Shown piece after piece: positions 46,920 to 58,843 of a stretch of DNA of 64,000 nucleotides. The stretch comes from TPA_inf: Saccharomyces (lineage: Eukaryota), in the NCBI GenBank assembly GCA_000146045.2, contig BK006936.2, forward strand, positions 128,001 through 192,000. The letters run 5' to 3'. Position 1 is the stretch's first letter. Each line of letters begins with the position of its first letter. Below the pieces are notes generated by a model, which was not told where the DNA came from, did not search any database, and saw only the letters and a list, made by a program, of their open reading frames with translations. Made by a program: the position numbers and the translations under genes.

Positions 46920-49526
46920 TTAGTGACCCAAGGTATAAATTGCGAAAGACCTGCGGAGTTGGCGGCGAACACTGACTTTTTGGGCATCAACAAAGGAATC
47001 AACTACAACTTTGATAGCTCTATCCAAATCATAAGAAGACACAAATTCAGATAATCTCATTTTAGCAAAAGATTCTGCAATTCTTAGAATAGATTCTAAA
47101 TGACGAACTGTGATTGGAAACGAACCTGTAGAAATACTTTCTCTTCTCAAATCCGCATATACCCTGCTAACCTTATCCATATCCATCTGATGCAATTTAG
47201 GGTATATTTTTGTCCTCGCATAGTGAATATATTTCATCAATAATTCCTGTGGAATAGGCGAGATCTCTTCCTCCTTCTTCCTTTGTCTTTGAAGTCTTCT
47301 TTGCCTTGCATTAAGCTGCTCATTTATTTCATCTTCTCCTTGTTCTATCGCCGATTCGCCATTATTTTTAAGCTCTTCGCCTTCTCGATCTTCATCGTTT
47401 TCTGGATGAGATCTTACATGAGAATCGACAACAAATGTGGCCAATCTTTCGTCTGCCTCTTCATCAACAAGGTCTCTGACAACACATAAAATATCAAATC
47501 TAGACAGAATAGGCTCGGTCAAACTAACATTCTGAGCTAAAGGCAAGGTTGAATTATATCTACCACCATTAGGATTTGCCGCAGCAATAATTGAGCAGCG
47601 CGCTTGTAATGTAGTAACAATACCGGCCTTGGAAATGGAAATACTTTGCTGTTCCATAGCCTCATGAATAGATGTACGATCCTGATCGTTCATCTTATCG
47701 AATTCATCAATTAAACAAACACCCTTATCAGCCAATACTAGCGCCCCCCCTTCTAAGGTCCATTCTTTAGTAATAGGATCTTTTCTGACGGATGCTGTCA
47801 GACCGACAGCCGAAGCACCCTGACCAGTTGCAAAGACCGCTCTATGCGCTGTTTTCTCGACGTATTTTAAGATTTGAGATTTGGCAGTACCTGGATCACC
47901 TAATAATAACACATTGATATCACCACGAATAGAATGTTTTCCATTGACGTTTTTTGGAACACCTCCAAATAATGAGCACGCGACTGCAGTTTTAATATCT
48001 CTATGACCATAGATAGACGGTGCCATCGATGATATAATTTTATCAATTATACCACGATCCCTAGAAATCTTTCTAAATTCACGTTCTTCTTCTTCAGTCC
48101 AACTGAAAACATCCAACCCTTCTTCGCCTTCGTTAGCTGTATTGCCCTCTCTTCTTTTTATAGAATTTGCCTCGATAATTGTTGCAAAAACGGGGAATCC
48201 GTTCTTTGCATTCAAGTTACCATCGTAGTTATTTTTGTAGATGCCGGTAACTTCTACCTCTTCACCTGGCTTGGATACATCTACCAAATCCGCCAACAAA
48301 ATGACTTCTCTATGTCTTGGTAGACGGCCTGGAGGAACGGTTCCGGGAGCTTCCTGGAGCGTAACCCTTTGATAATTTCGGTACACAGTTTTTTCTCCAT
48401 TGACTCTAAAGGGACCTTTTGATTTGCAGTTTGTACAGAATGAGATTCTAATTTCTTCATTAGAATCTTGAAAAAATGGGCCCAAAATGGAGCCACATTT
48501 CAAACAATTGAATTTGACATATTTTAATTGAGGGAAGACTCCTGTTCTTCTTGTCACCACCCCAGTGACGCGTACTAGAGAGGACAAATTAGACTCACGC
48601 AATTCACGTAAACTGTATATTGTTGGAAAATCAGAGATTCTTACGTGAATTTCGGAGTGAATACGGGCATAATCTGGGTAATGCAATTCTGTTGCCTCCA
48701 TAGCCACGAGATCGAATATTTTCAACATTTCTTCTGGACATTTAGCTAAAAATAGTGCCAGGATGGCTTTGGACTCCGCTAAGTGTCTATAATTAACCTC
48801 CAAAGATTCAGAATTCATTTCACCTAATGTTCTAATACGTGCACCATATACAGAACGACCCGTTTCATCTGTATATTCCAGCAGGAATGATTTTAACTCT
48901 CTGGCAATAGTTCTTGAGACATTAGGTTGTGTTATCCATTCCGAGTAACTGTTAGCCTTAACGTTACTCAGAGATTCTAAAGTAAGTTCTTCTCTTAATG
49001 GGTCAATGTCCATGTCACTCAATAGATCGTCATCACTATTCTCTAAGTCCTCATACTGCCTTCTCCTTCTTCGTCTTTGCACAGGAAGGCCCATTTCATC
49101 AAGTTGCGCTGCACCTTCTTGTTCTTCGTCCTCGTCATCTATGTAGGCAACATTTCTCAATAGCCTATCTCTTTCATTTAGTTGAGCATCAATGCGGCGA
49201 CGTTCGCTTAAAGATAGTTCTTGTTGTTCCCTGTCGTCAACTTGATCTGGATCATATCTATCTCTATTATGATCAGCCGCATAATCCTCATACATATTAT
49301 CGTCCATCAAATCTACTTCGTTCATTTGTTCTTCAACTTCATCAATATCTGGTACATCGTCAACTTCATTATCGTCACCTTCAGGGTTAATCATATCTGG
49401 AGAACCAATAGGTGATGAAACTGGGTTCATCCCCCCTCTAAAATGTTGCTGAGGTGAGGATGGCGGTAGCTCATTTTCTGAGTCCGAATCATCTTCCTCA
49501 CGTCTACGTCTTCTATTATCAGACAT
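46920..49526 (-). CDS. MCM2: MCM2-7 replicative helicase subunit Mcm2 (868 aa)
   Basis: ORF-track 46920..49529 begins MM; second Met gives 868 aa; zinc finger CxxC...CxxC; Walker A GDPGTAKSQ; Walker B DEFDKM; arginine finger SRFD. Confidence 0.93.
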   Translation of the reverse strand: MSDNRRRRREEDDSDSENELPPSSPQQHFRGGMNPVSSPIGSPDMINPEGDDNEVDDVPDIDEVEEQMNEVDLMDDNMYEDYAADHNRDRYDPDQVDDREQQELSLSERRRIDAQLNERDRLLRNVAYIDDEDEEQEGAAQLDEMGLPVQRRRRRRQYEDLENSDDDLLSDMDIDPLREELTLESLSNVKANSYSEWITQPNVSRTIARELKSFLLEYTDETGRSVYGARIRTLGEMNSESLEVNYRHLAESKAILALFLAKCPEEMLKIFDLVAMEATELHYPDYARIHSEIHVRISDFPTIYSLRELRESNLSSLVRVTGVVTRRTGVFPQLKYVKFNCLKCGSILGPFFQDSNEEIRISFCTNCKSKGPFRVNGEKTVYRNYQRVTLQEAPGTVPPGRLPRHREVILLADLVDVSKPGEEVEVTGIYKNNYDGNLNAKNGFPVFATIIEANSIKRREGNTANEGEEGLDVFSWTEEEEREFRKISRDRGIIDKIISSMAPSIYGHRDIKTAVACSLFGGVPKNVNGKHSIRGDINVLLLGDPGTAKSQILKYVEKTAHRAVFATGQGASAVGLTASVRKDPITKEWTLEGGALVLADKGVCLIDEFDKMNDQDRTSIHEAMEQQSISISKAGIVTTLQARCSIIAAANPNGGRYNSTLPLAQNVSLTEPILSRFDILCVVRDLVDEEADERLATFVVDSHVRSHPENDEDREGEELKNNGESAIEQGEDEINEQLNARQRRLQRQRKKEEEISPIPQELLMKYIHYARTKIYPKLHQMDMDKVSRVYADLRRESISTGSFPITVRHLESILRIAESFAKMRLSEFVSSYDLDRAIKVVVDSFVDAQKVSVRRQLRRSFAIYTLGH

Positions 49527-49873
49527 CACTTATATTGTAGTTGTGTTATACTTCTTAGAAAAGAGGCAAAGAGGTGTGTGGAGTATTATTAAGTAAACTG
49601 TACCAAAATGTGTAGATTATAGGATATTCACCATTTACTTTCTGGTTTCGTTTCTCGAAATTTTTCGTTGTCCTATTTTCTTCGGTAAGTAATTAGATTT
49701 CCTAAAAAAGGCATATGATAAATAATATTACACGCGATTCCGCCATCTTGGGTTTCCCACATACATACTTCACGAAGAAAAGAAAGAATTTAGTATTGTG
49801 TAATAAAATTGATGTTTATGTTTAAATATTTACAGAATGTTTAAACAGGTATTTAATCCATTTAGATGAAAAG

Positions 49874-52800
49874 TTAGTCCTTTTCCTTTTTAGCATCCAA
49901 AATCTCAAATTCAGCCTTCCATACTGAATTACCTTCTTTCGTATTCACATCCTTGAATAATTTTTGGAATATATCATTATACCAATCAGCAGCTAAAGGT
50001 TCCAACCCTTCCTTTACATTGTCTGGAAGTTCCTCCCAATCATTTAAGTTATCTTTAGGGAAAATAATAGTCTTGGCACCAGATCTTTTAGCGGCCACAG
50101 CTTTTTCTCTCAACCCACCGATACGTAAAACTTTACCGGTAAGTGTCAATTCACCGGTCATCGCAACCGTTGGGTCAATCGACTTATTCAATGCTAGGGA
50201 AAGGAAGGAAGTGGCCATAGTGACACCTGCAGATGGACCATCTTTAGGGGTAGCACCTTCAGGACAATGCAAGTGGATAGACGCCTTTTCAAAAAATCTG
50301 TTCTCAGGGAATTTTTGTGCTAAATACATCTTGGCGAATGAATAAGCAAGCCTTGATGATTCCTTCATAACATCTCCCAGTTGCCCGGTCCTTTCAAATG
50401 TTGGATGCTTGCAGTTGTGTAAAGGTTGTTCAAGGACAGATTCTACATAAAGTGAGCAACCTCCCATATTAGTCCACGCCAACCCCATAACTACCCCTGG
50501 TGGAGTTGTTTCGTATAACCGGTCTGTAGTGTAGACTGGAGGCCCAACGTAATCTTTTAGGTTTTTCTGGGATATGGAAACATTGATCTTTTCAGAGGTC
50601 TTTAAGGCTTCAATGTCATCGCTTGTCTTTTCCGAATTATTGTCCTTAGTCTTCTCCGATGAGCTTTTGGCGTTATTTTCCGCCTTTTCTTCGGAAGAAA
50701 CGCTTTCTTTAGGCTTGCTGTCGGCTGATGACGTTGGGGAATCTTCAATACTCAACTTCTTTACCACTTGTAGGGCTGCTTTACGGTATATTTTCTCGAT
50801 GTGTTTTTTCAAATTCCTTACACCACTTTCTCTACAGTAGTACTTCATTAACGCTGTTATTGCATCTTCTGTCATATCAACATGAGAGTTTTCTAGACCA
50901 GCGCTTTTCTTGGCACTTGGAACTAAATACTGCTCGGCAATCTTAACCTTGTCTTCAGCAACATATCCTGTCAACTCAATGACTTCCATACGATCCAGTA
51001 AAGGTCTTGGAATAGTTTCCAAAGAGTTAGCAGTGCAAACGAAAAGCACTTTTGATAAGTCAATAGGAATATCCAAGTAGTTATCCAAGAAGCTGTTGTT
51101 TTGTTCAGGGTCCAATACTTCTAACAATGCCGCGGACGGATCGCCGTGTATGCCGCCGTGTCCAATCTTATCGATTTCATCTATCAAAATCAAAGGATTT
51201 TGAGTTTGGCACTTCTTTAATGCTTGAACTACTCTGCCAGGTAAGGCACCAATATACGTTCTCCTATGACCTTTTATTTCTGCCACGTCCGTCATACCGC
51301 CTACAGAAAATCGGAAGAATTTCCTGTTAAGAGCTCTAGCGATAGATTTACCTATGGACGTTTTACCAACACCTGGGGGTCCTACGAAACATATGATTTT
51401 ACCATCGACTTTACCCAATAGTTTACCGACGGCAATAAACTCCAAGATACGATCCTTGACATCTACCATACCATAATGATCTTCATCTAAAATTTTCTTT
51501 GCTCTCGGAATGGAATACTGTTCTTTGGAATGTTTTCCCCATGGGATCGATGTTAACCAATCCAAATAGTTTCTGATAACGCCAAATTCGGACATAGAAG
51601 TCTCCAAGGTACTTAATTTAGTTATCTCATCATCGAAAATTTTTTGAACGCTATCAGGCAATTTTAATGACTTGATTCTTTCTTTATAAGTGTCAATCAA
51701 TTTGTCACGGCCGTCGTCAATACCTAATTCTCTTTTGATGCCCTTTAATTGTTCCATCAAATAGTATTCTCTTTGTCTCTTTTGAATCTTTGTCTCTACA
51801 TCTTTGGAGATTTTGTTCTGTAATTCGGCATTCATCAATTCTTTCTTAAGGACTAGTAGCGACTTTTCTAGTCTGTGCTCAATGTTTAAAGATGACAGTA
51901 TGTCTTGTAATTCGTCTTCTTCGCCGGCAGAAACAGCAGCGGCAAAATCTGCCAATCTAGCTGGTTCCTCAAAAATGTTCGTGGTCGCAGATTGAATTGA
52001 AGCAGAAAAAGTTGCAATTTGTTCTCTGAACATCGTGTTCAATTGAGAAATTTCTTTAAATACCTTCAATATTTCTGATGTTAGCGCATTAATAACGGGT
52101 GACTTTCTATCAAACGGTTCATCTTCTAAATTCAACACATTGACAAGGGAAACATTATAATTTTTTAAGAATTCTGTGGGGTTAATGTCCTCACCTTCTT
52201 GAATATCGTCTAATTCTTCAGACTCTTCTTCAGTGGCTTCTACTCTCTTATGATGTTGCAATTCTGAGTCTGGTATCCTCTCCACCACAATATCCTCCAA
52301 CTTAGGCGTAGCAGGGCTGGTGCTTTCTTGGTCTTCTGGGTTGTTAGCGTCTTCAACGACGGTCGTTTCAGTATCCGTATCCTTTGCTTGTTCTTTTGAT
52401 TTTTCCTTTTCCTCGTTTGGTGGAAATAATTCATCAATTTTTATTCTCCTGTGAGGATATAAAAGAGCAGTCATTGTTTCAGTGCCCGTCTTTTCGTCTT
52501 TACTCGGGAAAGCGCTAGTTATTTGAGCCAGAACACCAACATCGTATACATCATTTTTATCTGTGATTACATCAGTATCTTCTTCCGAGTTCTTCAACAT
52601 GAAAGCGCCAATGTAGGGTTGCTGGCGGTCTAACATTTCCTTGATTGCCTTCATAACTCTTTCGTCCGATATCACAACCGCCTTGTAGAACCCTGGAAAT
52701 AAGGGCCGTCTGGCTATTGGTAATGCTAGCATTTGCGGGTATACTTCTGGTACATCCTTTGGAGGCTTTTGTTTCGAACTTCCATCTCCAGAATCCGATC

Positions 52801-53275
52801 GACTGGATGATGACTGTCCACCTCCAGAAGCGGAGCTTCTGGAGTTTTTCGAAGCTTCACCTTCTTGGTCCTTATTAACAATTTCATCATCTCGCGTGGG
52901 CTCAACATCATTGTCTGTATCTTTTTCATCAGGTACTATCTTGACATCTTCATCCTTTTTCTGAGATGTACTATCATCTTTCGCCAGAATACTTTTGCCG
53001 CTGTTTGTAGCCATGAAATGCCGAGCAAACTGTGCATCAAGTTGTGCAAAGTGTTCCATGTACCTTGGATCCTTCAATTGATGCTGGAACTCTTGCCATG
53101 TTGGACTCTTAATAATATGGCTAGGTTTGATATTCTCTACGTCACGCACGGTCAAGGTCGATGCGAACCTTCTTTGAGAAACTGCAGCAGTCTTAGCGAT
53201 AGATCGGTAATATTGGATAGCTCTTGTGGTCCTCGCCACTGTGCTAAGGGTCTTTGTGGTTCTTGTTCTTAGCAT
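49874..53275 (-). CDS. PIM1: Mitochondrial Lon protease (1133 aa)
   Basis: 1133-aa ORF; AAA+ Walker A GPPGVGKTS; Lon protease Ser-Lys dyad region DGPSAG...K; N-terminal mitochondrial presequence-like MLRTRTTKTLSTVARTTR. Confidence 0.95.
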   Translation of the reverse strand: MLRTRTTKTLSTVARTTRAIQYYRSIAKTAAVSQRRFASTLTVRDVENIKPSHIIKSPTWQEFQHQLKDPRYMEHFAQLDAQFARHFMATNSGKSILAKDDSTSQKKDEDVKIVPDEKDTDNDVEPTRDDEIVNKDQEGEASKNSRSSASGGGQSSSSRSDSGDGSSKQKPPKDVPEVYPQMLALPIARRPLFPGFYKAVVISDERVMKAIKEMLDRQQPYIGAFMLKNSEEDTDVITDKNDVYDVGVLAQITSAFPSKDEKTGTETMTALLYPHRRIKIDELFPPNEEKEKSKEQAKDTDTETTVVEDANNPEDQESTSPATPKLEDIVVERIPDSELQHHKRVEATEEESEELDDIQEGEDINPTEFLKNYNVSLVNVLNLEDEPFDRKSPVINALTSEILKVFKEISQLNTMFREQIATFSASIQSATTNIFEEPARLADFAAAVSAGEEDELQDILSSLNIEHRLEKSLLVLKKELMNAELQNKISKDVETKIQKRQREYYLMEQLKGIKRELGIDDGRDKLIDTYKERIKSLKLPDSVQKIFDDEITKLSTLETSMSEFGVIRNYLDWLTSIPWGKHSKEQYSIPRAKKILDEDHYGMVDVKDRILEFIAVGKLLGKVDGKIICFVGPPGVGKTSIGKSIARALNRKFFRFSVGGMTDVAEIKGHRRTYIGALPGRVVQALKKCQTQNPLILIDEIDKIGHGGIHGDPSAALLEVLDPEQNNSFLDNYLDIPIDLSKVLFVCTANSLETIPRPLLDRMEVIELTGYVAEDKVKIAEQYLVPSAKKSAGLENSHVDMTEDAITALMKYYCRESGVRNLKKHIEKIYRKAALQVVKKLSIEDSPTSSADSKPKESVSSEEKAENNAKSSSEKTKDNNSEKTSDDIEALKTSEKINVSISQKNLKDYVGPPVYTTDRLYETTPPGVVMGLAWTNMGGCSLYVESVLEQPLHNCKHPTFERTGQLGDVMKESSRLAYSFAKMYLAQKFPENRFFEKASIHLHCPEGATPKDGPSAGVTMATSFLSLALNKSIDPTVAMTGELTLTGKVLRIGGLREKAVAAKRSGAKTIIFPKDNLNDWEELPDNVKEGLEPLAADWYNDIFQKLFKDVNTKEGNSVWKAEFEILDAKKEKD

Positions 53276-53659
53276 GCTCTATTTGCAAATCTTTTCGTTC
53301 AAGCACCTCGAAAACCAAAAGAAAAAACAACTAAACTTTGAAACAGCTGCAAATGCACACTGTATTATCAGGTTTTAGGTGTCCTAGTAACCGTATCAGC
53401 TTGTCGTTGCTGCAATACCAATGCAAAAGCATGGCTAAAAGACTTCGTCTGACTTATTTCCTTCCGGTGGCAAACATCATACACCCTTTACAAAGCACCC
53501 ATACATTACATTGAATACATTACACACTAACAATAAAATATTATCTATATCGTTACATTCATTAATTACACGAGAACCAACGACCAGCAGGAAATAGCCC
53601 CGTGCTATTCCATCCTGACAGCTAGCAACTTTTGCGATCTACCACCTGGTTTTGTCTTC

Positions 53660-54094
53660 TCAAGGCACCTCTTCGTCGTCCTGCTCATACATTAGTTGAT
53701 TCTTCAGCGCCTGTTGTTGCCTGTATTTAGCCAAGTAGATTTTCAACACCTCTGCATAGTTCTCGAATCCTAAGGCGTGCAATGATATGAGAATGTCTTC
53801 CCCGTTTATCGTCTTTCTTTTGTCAGCAGCGCATCGATCGCTGGCCTCGCTAGTCACAAAAGAAATGAGCTCACTGACACACTCCTGCATGCACTCTTTC
53901 GCATCTTTCGATACCTTAGCACTCGGTGGGAGAGTATTCTTCATGAGTCGCGCTACATTGTTGATGGGTAGCCATCTGTCCTGCTCTCTTAGCGTGGAAA
54001 TTTGCTGCAAACTGCCGCTGGAGCTAGCGTTTCCACCGTTCTCCTGAGTATCCTCTGGGCTTGTGCTAACATGTTCGGACTCGTTGGTATTCAT
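53660..54094 (-). CDS. HAP3: CCAAT-binding complex subunit, histone-fold NF-YB homolog (144 aa)
   Basis: 144-aa ORF with conserved histone-fold core [17 protein letters not shown]...[16 protein letters not shown]. Confidence 0.93.
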
Positions 54095-54400
54095 ATTCTC
54101 GAGAGGTTTGTGCCACTTGTGTTACTATCTAGCTTAGTCCTGCTCTTGAGTTTGATTGGCGGAAAGCTACTATTCGCAGCTCTTTTTTTACTTAGTCTGA
54201 AAGAGCGGACCAAAAAACGCACGTAGCGCGATATTGTCGTGGCATCGAACGTAATATGGTACTTCTATTGTGCTATATTTTGGCAGAAGGTTTGCAGTAA
54301 TCGCAGCCTGGAGAAGACAATGCGTATTAGTAGCAGTAAAGGGCCACAGATAGGGTGATTTGAAGTTGATTCTGCTTTTGTCAGTGAAGGAAAAGAAAAA

Positions 54401-56125
54401 ATGGCGAAAAAAAACTCACAATTGCCCTCTACTAGTGAGCAGATCTTGGAAAGGTCCACAACAGGAGCTACCTTCCTCATGATGGGCCAACTTTTCACCA
54501 AACTGGTAACGTTCATACTAAATAATTTGTTGATCAGGTTTCTGTCGCCCAGAATTTTCGGTATCACGGCCTTTCTAGAATTTATACAGGGCACAGTGTT
54601 ATTTTTTAGCAGAGATGCGATTCGTCTGTCGACGTTGAGAATCTCAGACTCCGGTAATGGAATAATCGATGATGACGACGAGGAGGAGTACCAGGAAACT
54701 CATTACAAGTCTAAAGTTTTGCAAACCGCAGTCAATTTTGCTTACATTCCGTTTTGGATCGGGTTTCCACTGTCCATTGGTCTTATCGCCTGGCAGTACA
54801 GAAACATCAACGCGTATTTCATCACTCTTCCATTCTTCAGGTGGTCGATTTTTCTTATCTGGCTGAGTATCATCGTGGAGCTGTTAAGCGAGCCATTCTT
54901 CATCGTCAACCAGTTTATGTTGAACTATGCCGCAAGGTCAAGATTTGAAAGCATCGCGGTGACTACAGGATGTATTGTCAATTTTATAGTTGTTTATGCC
55001 GTTCAGCAATCCCGCTACCCAATGGGGGTTGTCACATCGGACATTGACAAAGAAGGCATCGCCATATTGGCATTTGCCTTGGGAAAGTTAGCACATTCGA
55101 TCACCCTGCTAGCATGTTACTACTGGGACTATCTCAAGAATTTCAAACCAAAGAAATTGTTCAGTACCAGGCTAACGAAGATAAAAACGCGTGAAAATAA
55201 CGAATTGAAGAAAGGCTACCCAAAGAGCACATCTTATTTTTTCCAAAACGACATTTTACAGCACTTCAAAAAAGTTTATTTTCAACTATGTTTTAAGCAT
55301 TTGTTGACAGAGGGTGATAAGTTGATTATCAATTCTTTATGTACTGTGGAAGAACAAGGCATTTACGCTCTATTGTCGAACTATGGATCGCTACTAACAA
55401 GATTATTATTTGCGCCGATCGAAGAATCTCTGCGGTTATTTTTGGCCCGTTTATTATCCTCGCATAACCCTAAAAATTTAAAACTATCTATTGAAGTCCT
55501 GGTGAATTTAACAAGGTTTTACATATACTTATCGTTAATGATCATTGTATTTGGGCCTGCCAATTCATCCTTTTTATTGCAGTTCTTGATTGGCTCGAAA
55601 TGGTCCACTACTTCCGTTTTGGACACTATAAGAGTCTACTGCTTTTACATCCCATTTTTATCGCTTAATGGTATTTTTGAAGCTTTTTTCCAGAGTGTAG
55701 CCACTGGTGACCAAATTTTGAAACATTCATATTTTATGATGGCCTTTTCTGGTATTTTCCTGCTCAATTCCTGGCTTCTTATTGAAAAACTCAAACTATC
55801 AATCGAAGGCTTGATATTGAGTAACATCATTAACATGGTGTTGAGAATATTGTATTGTGGAGTTTTCTTGAATAAATTTCATAGGGAACTGTTTACAGAT
55901 TCCTCTTTTTTCTTCAATTTTAAGGATTTCAAAACAGTTATTATTGCTGGCTCAACGATCTGTCTACTTGACTGGTGGTTTATTGGGTACGTTAAAAATT
56001 TACAACAATTTGTTGTTAACGTATTATTCGCAATGGGATTGTTAGCGTTAATTTTGGTCAAGGAGCGCCAAACCATACAATCTTTTATTAACAAGAGGGC
56101 GGTTTCCAATTCTAAAGATGTATAA
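54401..56125 (+). CDS. RFT1: ER membrane protein needed for Man5GlcNAc2-PP-Dol flipping in N-glycosylation (574 aa)
   Basis: 574-aa polytopic membrane ORF; length matches. Confidence 0.9.
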   Translation: MAKKNSQLPSTSEQILERSTTGATFLMMGQLFTKLVTFILNNLLIRFLSPRIFGITAFLEFIQGTVLFFSRDAIRLSTLRISDSGNGIIDDDDEEEYQETHYKSKVLQTAVNFAYIPFWIGFPLSIGLIAWQYRNINAYFITLPFFRWSIFLIWLSIIVELLSEPFFIVNQFMLNYAARSRFESIAVTTGCIVNFIVVYAVQQSRYPMGVVTSDIDKEGIAILAFALGKLAHSITLLACYYWDYLKNFKPKKLFSTRLTKIKTRENNELKKGYPKSTSYFFQNDILQHFKKVYFQLCFKHLLTEGDKLIINSLCTVEEQGIYALLSNYGSLLTRLLFAPIEESLRLFLARLLSSHNPKNLKLSIEVLVNLTRFYIYLSLMIIVFGPANSSFLLQFLIGSKWSTTSVLDTIRVYCFYIPFLSLNGIFEAFFQSVATGDQILKHSYFMMAFSGIFLLNSWLLIEKLKLSIEGLILSNIINMVLRILYCGVFLNKFHRELFTDSSFFFNFKDFKTVIIAGSTICLLDWWFIGYVKNLQQFVVNVLFAMGLLALILVKERQTIQSFINKRAVSNSKDV

Positions 56126-56352
56126 ACAAAAATTCTTATATAACTTAGGCGACACATAATATGCGCTTAAATAACATATAGTGAGTATATTATCAAAAAG
56201 CATTCATTTTTTTTTATTTATTAGTCCTTCAGAAAGTTAGTTTGTATGTACTATATGATGTGAAAGTGCTGAAAAATTACCCAATAAAAGATAGGCAACC
56301 AAGAGAGAAGCTATTTCACCGTAAAGAAAATCCCTTTCCTTGTCAGGACACT

Positions 56353-57915
56353 ATGTCATCAAGCGAAAACACGTTACTGGATGGAAAGTCAGAGAACACA
56401 ATACGATTTTTAACTTTCAATGTCAATGGTATAAGAACCTTTTTTCATTATCAACCATTTTCTCAAATGAATCAATCCCTTAGATCTGTTTTCGACTTTT
56501 TTCGAGCAGACATAATAACATTCCAAGAGCTCAAGACGGAAAAATTGTCTATCTCTAAGTGGGGGAGAGTTGATGGTTTTTATTCTTTTATTTCTATCCC
56601 TCAAACCAGAAAGGGATATTCTGGCGTTGGCTGCTGGATTAGAATTCCGGAAAAGAACCACCCACTATACCATGCATTACAAGTCGTTAAGGCAGAAGAA
56701 GGTATAACGGGTTACTTGACAATAAAAAATGGTAAGCATTCAGCAATCTCCTATAGAAACGACGTAAATCAAGGAATTGGTGGTTACGATTCTTTAGATC
56801 CCGATTTAGATGAGAAAAGTGCACTGGAACTAGATTCAGAAGGCAGATGTGTTATGGTTGAACTGGCATGTGGAATAGTTATTATCAGTGTATATTGTCC
56901 CGCAAATTCGAACTCATCGGAGGAGGGTGAGATGTTTAGATTAAGGTTCTTGAAAGTTTTATTAAGAAGAGTTCGGAATTTGGACAAAATTGGGAAGAAG
57001 ATTGTGCTAATGGGCGACGTAAATGTTTGCCGGGATCTTATAGACAGTGCCGATACATTAGAACAATTCTCAATTCCAATAACAGATCCCATGGGTGGAA
57101 CAAAGTTAGAAGCACAATATAGGGATAAAGCAATCCAATTTATTATCAATCCGGACACGCCACATCGGAGGATATTTAATCAAATATTGGCTGATTCACT
57201 TTTACCAGACGCGAGTAAAAGGGGGATACTGATAGACACTACGAGGCTAATTCAAACAAGAAATCGACTTAAAATGTATACAGTCTGGAATATGTTAAAA
57301 AATTTAAGACCTTCGAATTATGGCTCACGGATAGATTTTATCCTAGTGTCCTTAAAGCTTGAACGATGCATAAAAGCAGCTGACATTCTTCCGGATATAT
57401 TGGGCTCTGACCATTGTCCTGTGTATTCTGATTTAGATATACTGGACGACAGAATTGAACCTGGTACGACACAAGTTCCCATACCAAAATTCGAAGCAAG
57501 GTACAAATATAATTTAAGAAACCATAATGTTTTAGAGATGTTTGCCAAAAAGGATACGAATAAAGAATCTAATAAACAAAAATATTGTGTATCAAAAGTC
57601 ATGAATACCAAAAAAAACAGCAACATCAAAAACAAATCGCTCGACTCATTTTTCCAGAAGGTAAATGGAGAAAAAGATGACAGGATTAAAGAATCCTCTG
57701 AAATTCCACAGCAAGCTAAAAAAAGAATCTCCACGCCAAAGTTGAATTTCAAGGATGTCTTTGGAAAGCCTCCCCTGTGCAGGCATGGGGAGGAATCCAT
57801 GCTGAAAACATCGAAAACTTCGGCCAATCCAGGTAGAAAGTTCTGGATTTGCAAGAGATCTCGGGGTGATTCAAATAATACAGAATCATCTTGTGGGTTT
57901 TTTCAGTGGGTTTAA
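56353..57915 (+). CDS. APN2: Class II AP endonuclease / 3'-phosphodiesterase, ExoIII family (520 aa)
   Basis: ORF-track 56242..57915; Met38 MSSSENTLLDGKSENTIRFLTFNVNGIR... (EEP nuclease start motif) gives 520 aa; C-terminal GRF-type zinc finger CRHGEESMLKTSKTSANPGRKFWICKR. Confidence 0.9.
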   Translation: MSSSENTLLDGKSENTIRFLTFNVNGIRTFFHYQPFSQMNQSLRSVFDFFRADIITFQELKTEKLSISKWGRVDGFYSFISIPQTRKGYSGVGCWIRIPEKNHPLYHALQVVKAEEGITGYLTIKNGKHSAISYRNDVNQGIGGYDSLDPDLDEKSALELDSEGRCVMVELACGIVIISVYCPANSNSSEEGEMFRLRFLKVLLRRVRNLDKIGKKIVLMGDVNVCRDLIDSADTLEQFSIPITDPMGGTKLEAQYRDKAIQFIINPDTPHRRIFNQILADSLLPDASKRGILIDTTRLIQTRNRLKMYTVWNMLKNLRPSNYGSRIDFILVSLKLERCIKAADILPDILGSDHCPVYSDLDILDDRIEPGTTQVPIPKFEARYKYNLRNHNVLEMFAKKDTNKESNKQKYCVSKVMNTKKNSNIKNKSLDSFFQKVNGEKDDRIKESSEIPQQAKKRISTPKLNFKDVFGKPPLCRHGEESMLKTSKTSANPGRKFWICKRSRGDSNNTESSCGFFQWV

Positions 57916-57997
57916 ATATGAAAACGTCAGCTGATATTTTGGGAGAATAAAACACTTTCTTCTATGCCCAAGTTTTTTTAAATAATAAACTGATATT

Positions 57998-58474
57998 CTA
58001 TATACATTTACAGTCTTGTTCTTCTTCTTCCATTACTTTTTTCAGCCATAGGCGGTCATCGTCAGTAACCTCCAGAAGTCTCAAACTGGAAGATTCTTGT
58101 AGAATTGACACTGTTAATGGTGAACCGACGAGTTCATCAGTAGATATGTATGTACTGATGGACGAAGAAAATGTATCTTTATCCGCATGATTTACTCTGA
58201 TGTAAGCCAGCTTATCGTCAACATGCAGGAATGAATATTCTACACCTTCACCAAAAATACCATAACTACGTTTCAATGCGTTATTTAACCATTGCCTCCA
58301 TGTCATTTGATCAATAGCATGTGCATCGTCCACATCTTGATCGAATGAAGTACTATAAATATTAAAGTACGTTAGTAGTTTATTTCTCTTCGGTAGTTGA
58401 GACTCAAAAAGTCAAAAATATACATACATTGATAACTTGAAATATTGCCATTCTCTAAAAGTCTTTTTCCCCAT
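57998..58474 (-). CDS. POP8: RNase P / RNase MRP subunit (133 aa); exons 58428..58474 and 57998..58352
   Basis: Exon 1 ATGGGGAAAAAGACTTTTAGAGAATGGCAATATTTCAAGTTATCAAT followed by GTATGT, branch TACTAAC, TAG acceptor. Exon 2 is ORF-track 57998..58333 extended to 58352. Spliced product MGKKTFREWQYFKLSITSFDQDVDDAHAIDQM... is 402 nt = 133 aa + stop. Confidence 0.88.
58353..58427 (-). other. POP8: POP8 intron (75 nt)
   Basis: GTATGT...ACTACTAACG...TATAG. Confidence 0.8.
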
Positions 58475-58843
58475 CACAACTGGCCATTTATCAAACTATT
58501 TATCTGCCTTTTCTTATTCTGATTATCCTATAAAGCTGAACAGTAAAGCTTGTAAAATTACGCGATGACTTATGTATTGAAGTTATGACGTTCTCGATGA
58601 TCTTCAGTCAAACAACCACTTTCCCGTAACATATGATATATCCCACCCGCTTCCTTGTACGCATTATTACGGTTCTGCTTTGAAGATGGAGATTCAGTAC
58701 TTGCAGTTATTTGAATTGCACCAGTACTGATCATGCCAAGTTTCTTTGGCTTGTGAAAGAACTTGATATTCTGTCTAAAGGATCTGCTCGTTTTTGTTTA
58801 TGAAAAGTATATGGAATTATCTACTCTATGTAAAGTAATCTCT

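Noticed and set aside
53276-53400. Possible heat-shock element upstream of PIM1 (TTCgtTCaaG...TCGAAaa)
   Set aside because: The spacing and orientation of nGAAn units are not canonical (not alternating nGAAnnTTCn). It is too weak to call from sequence alone.
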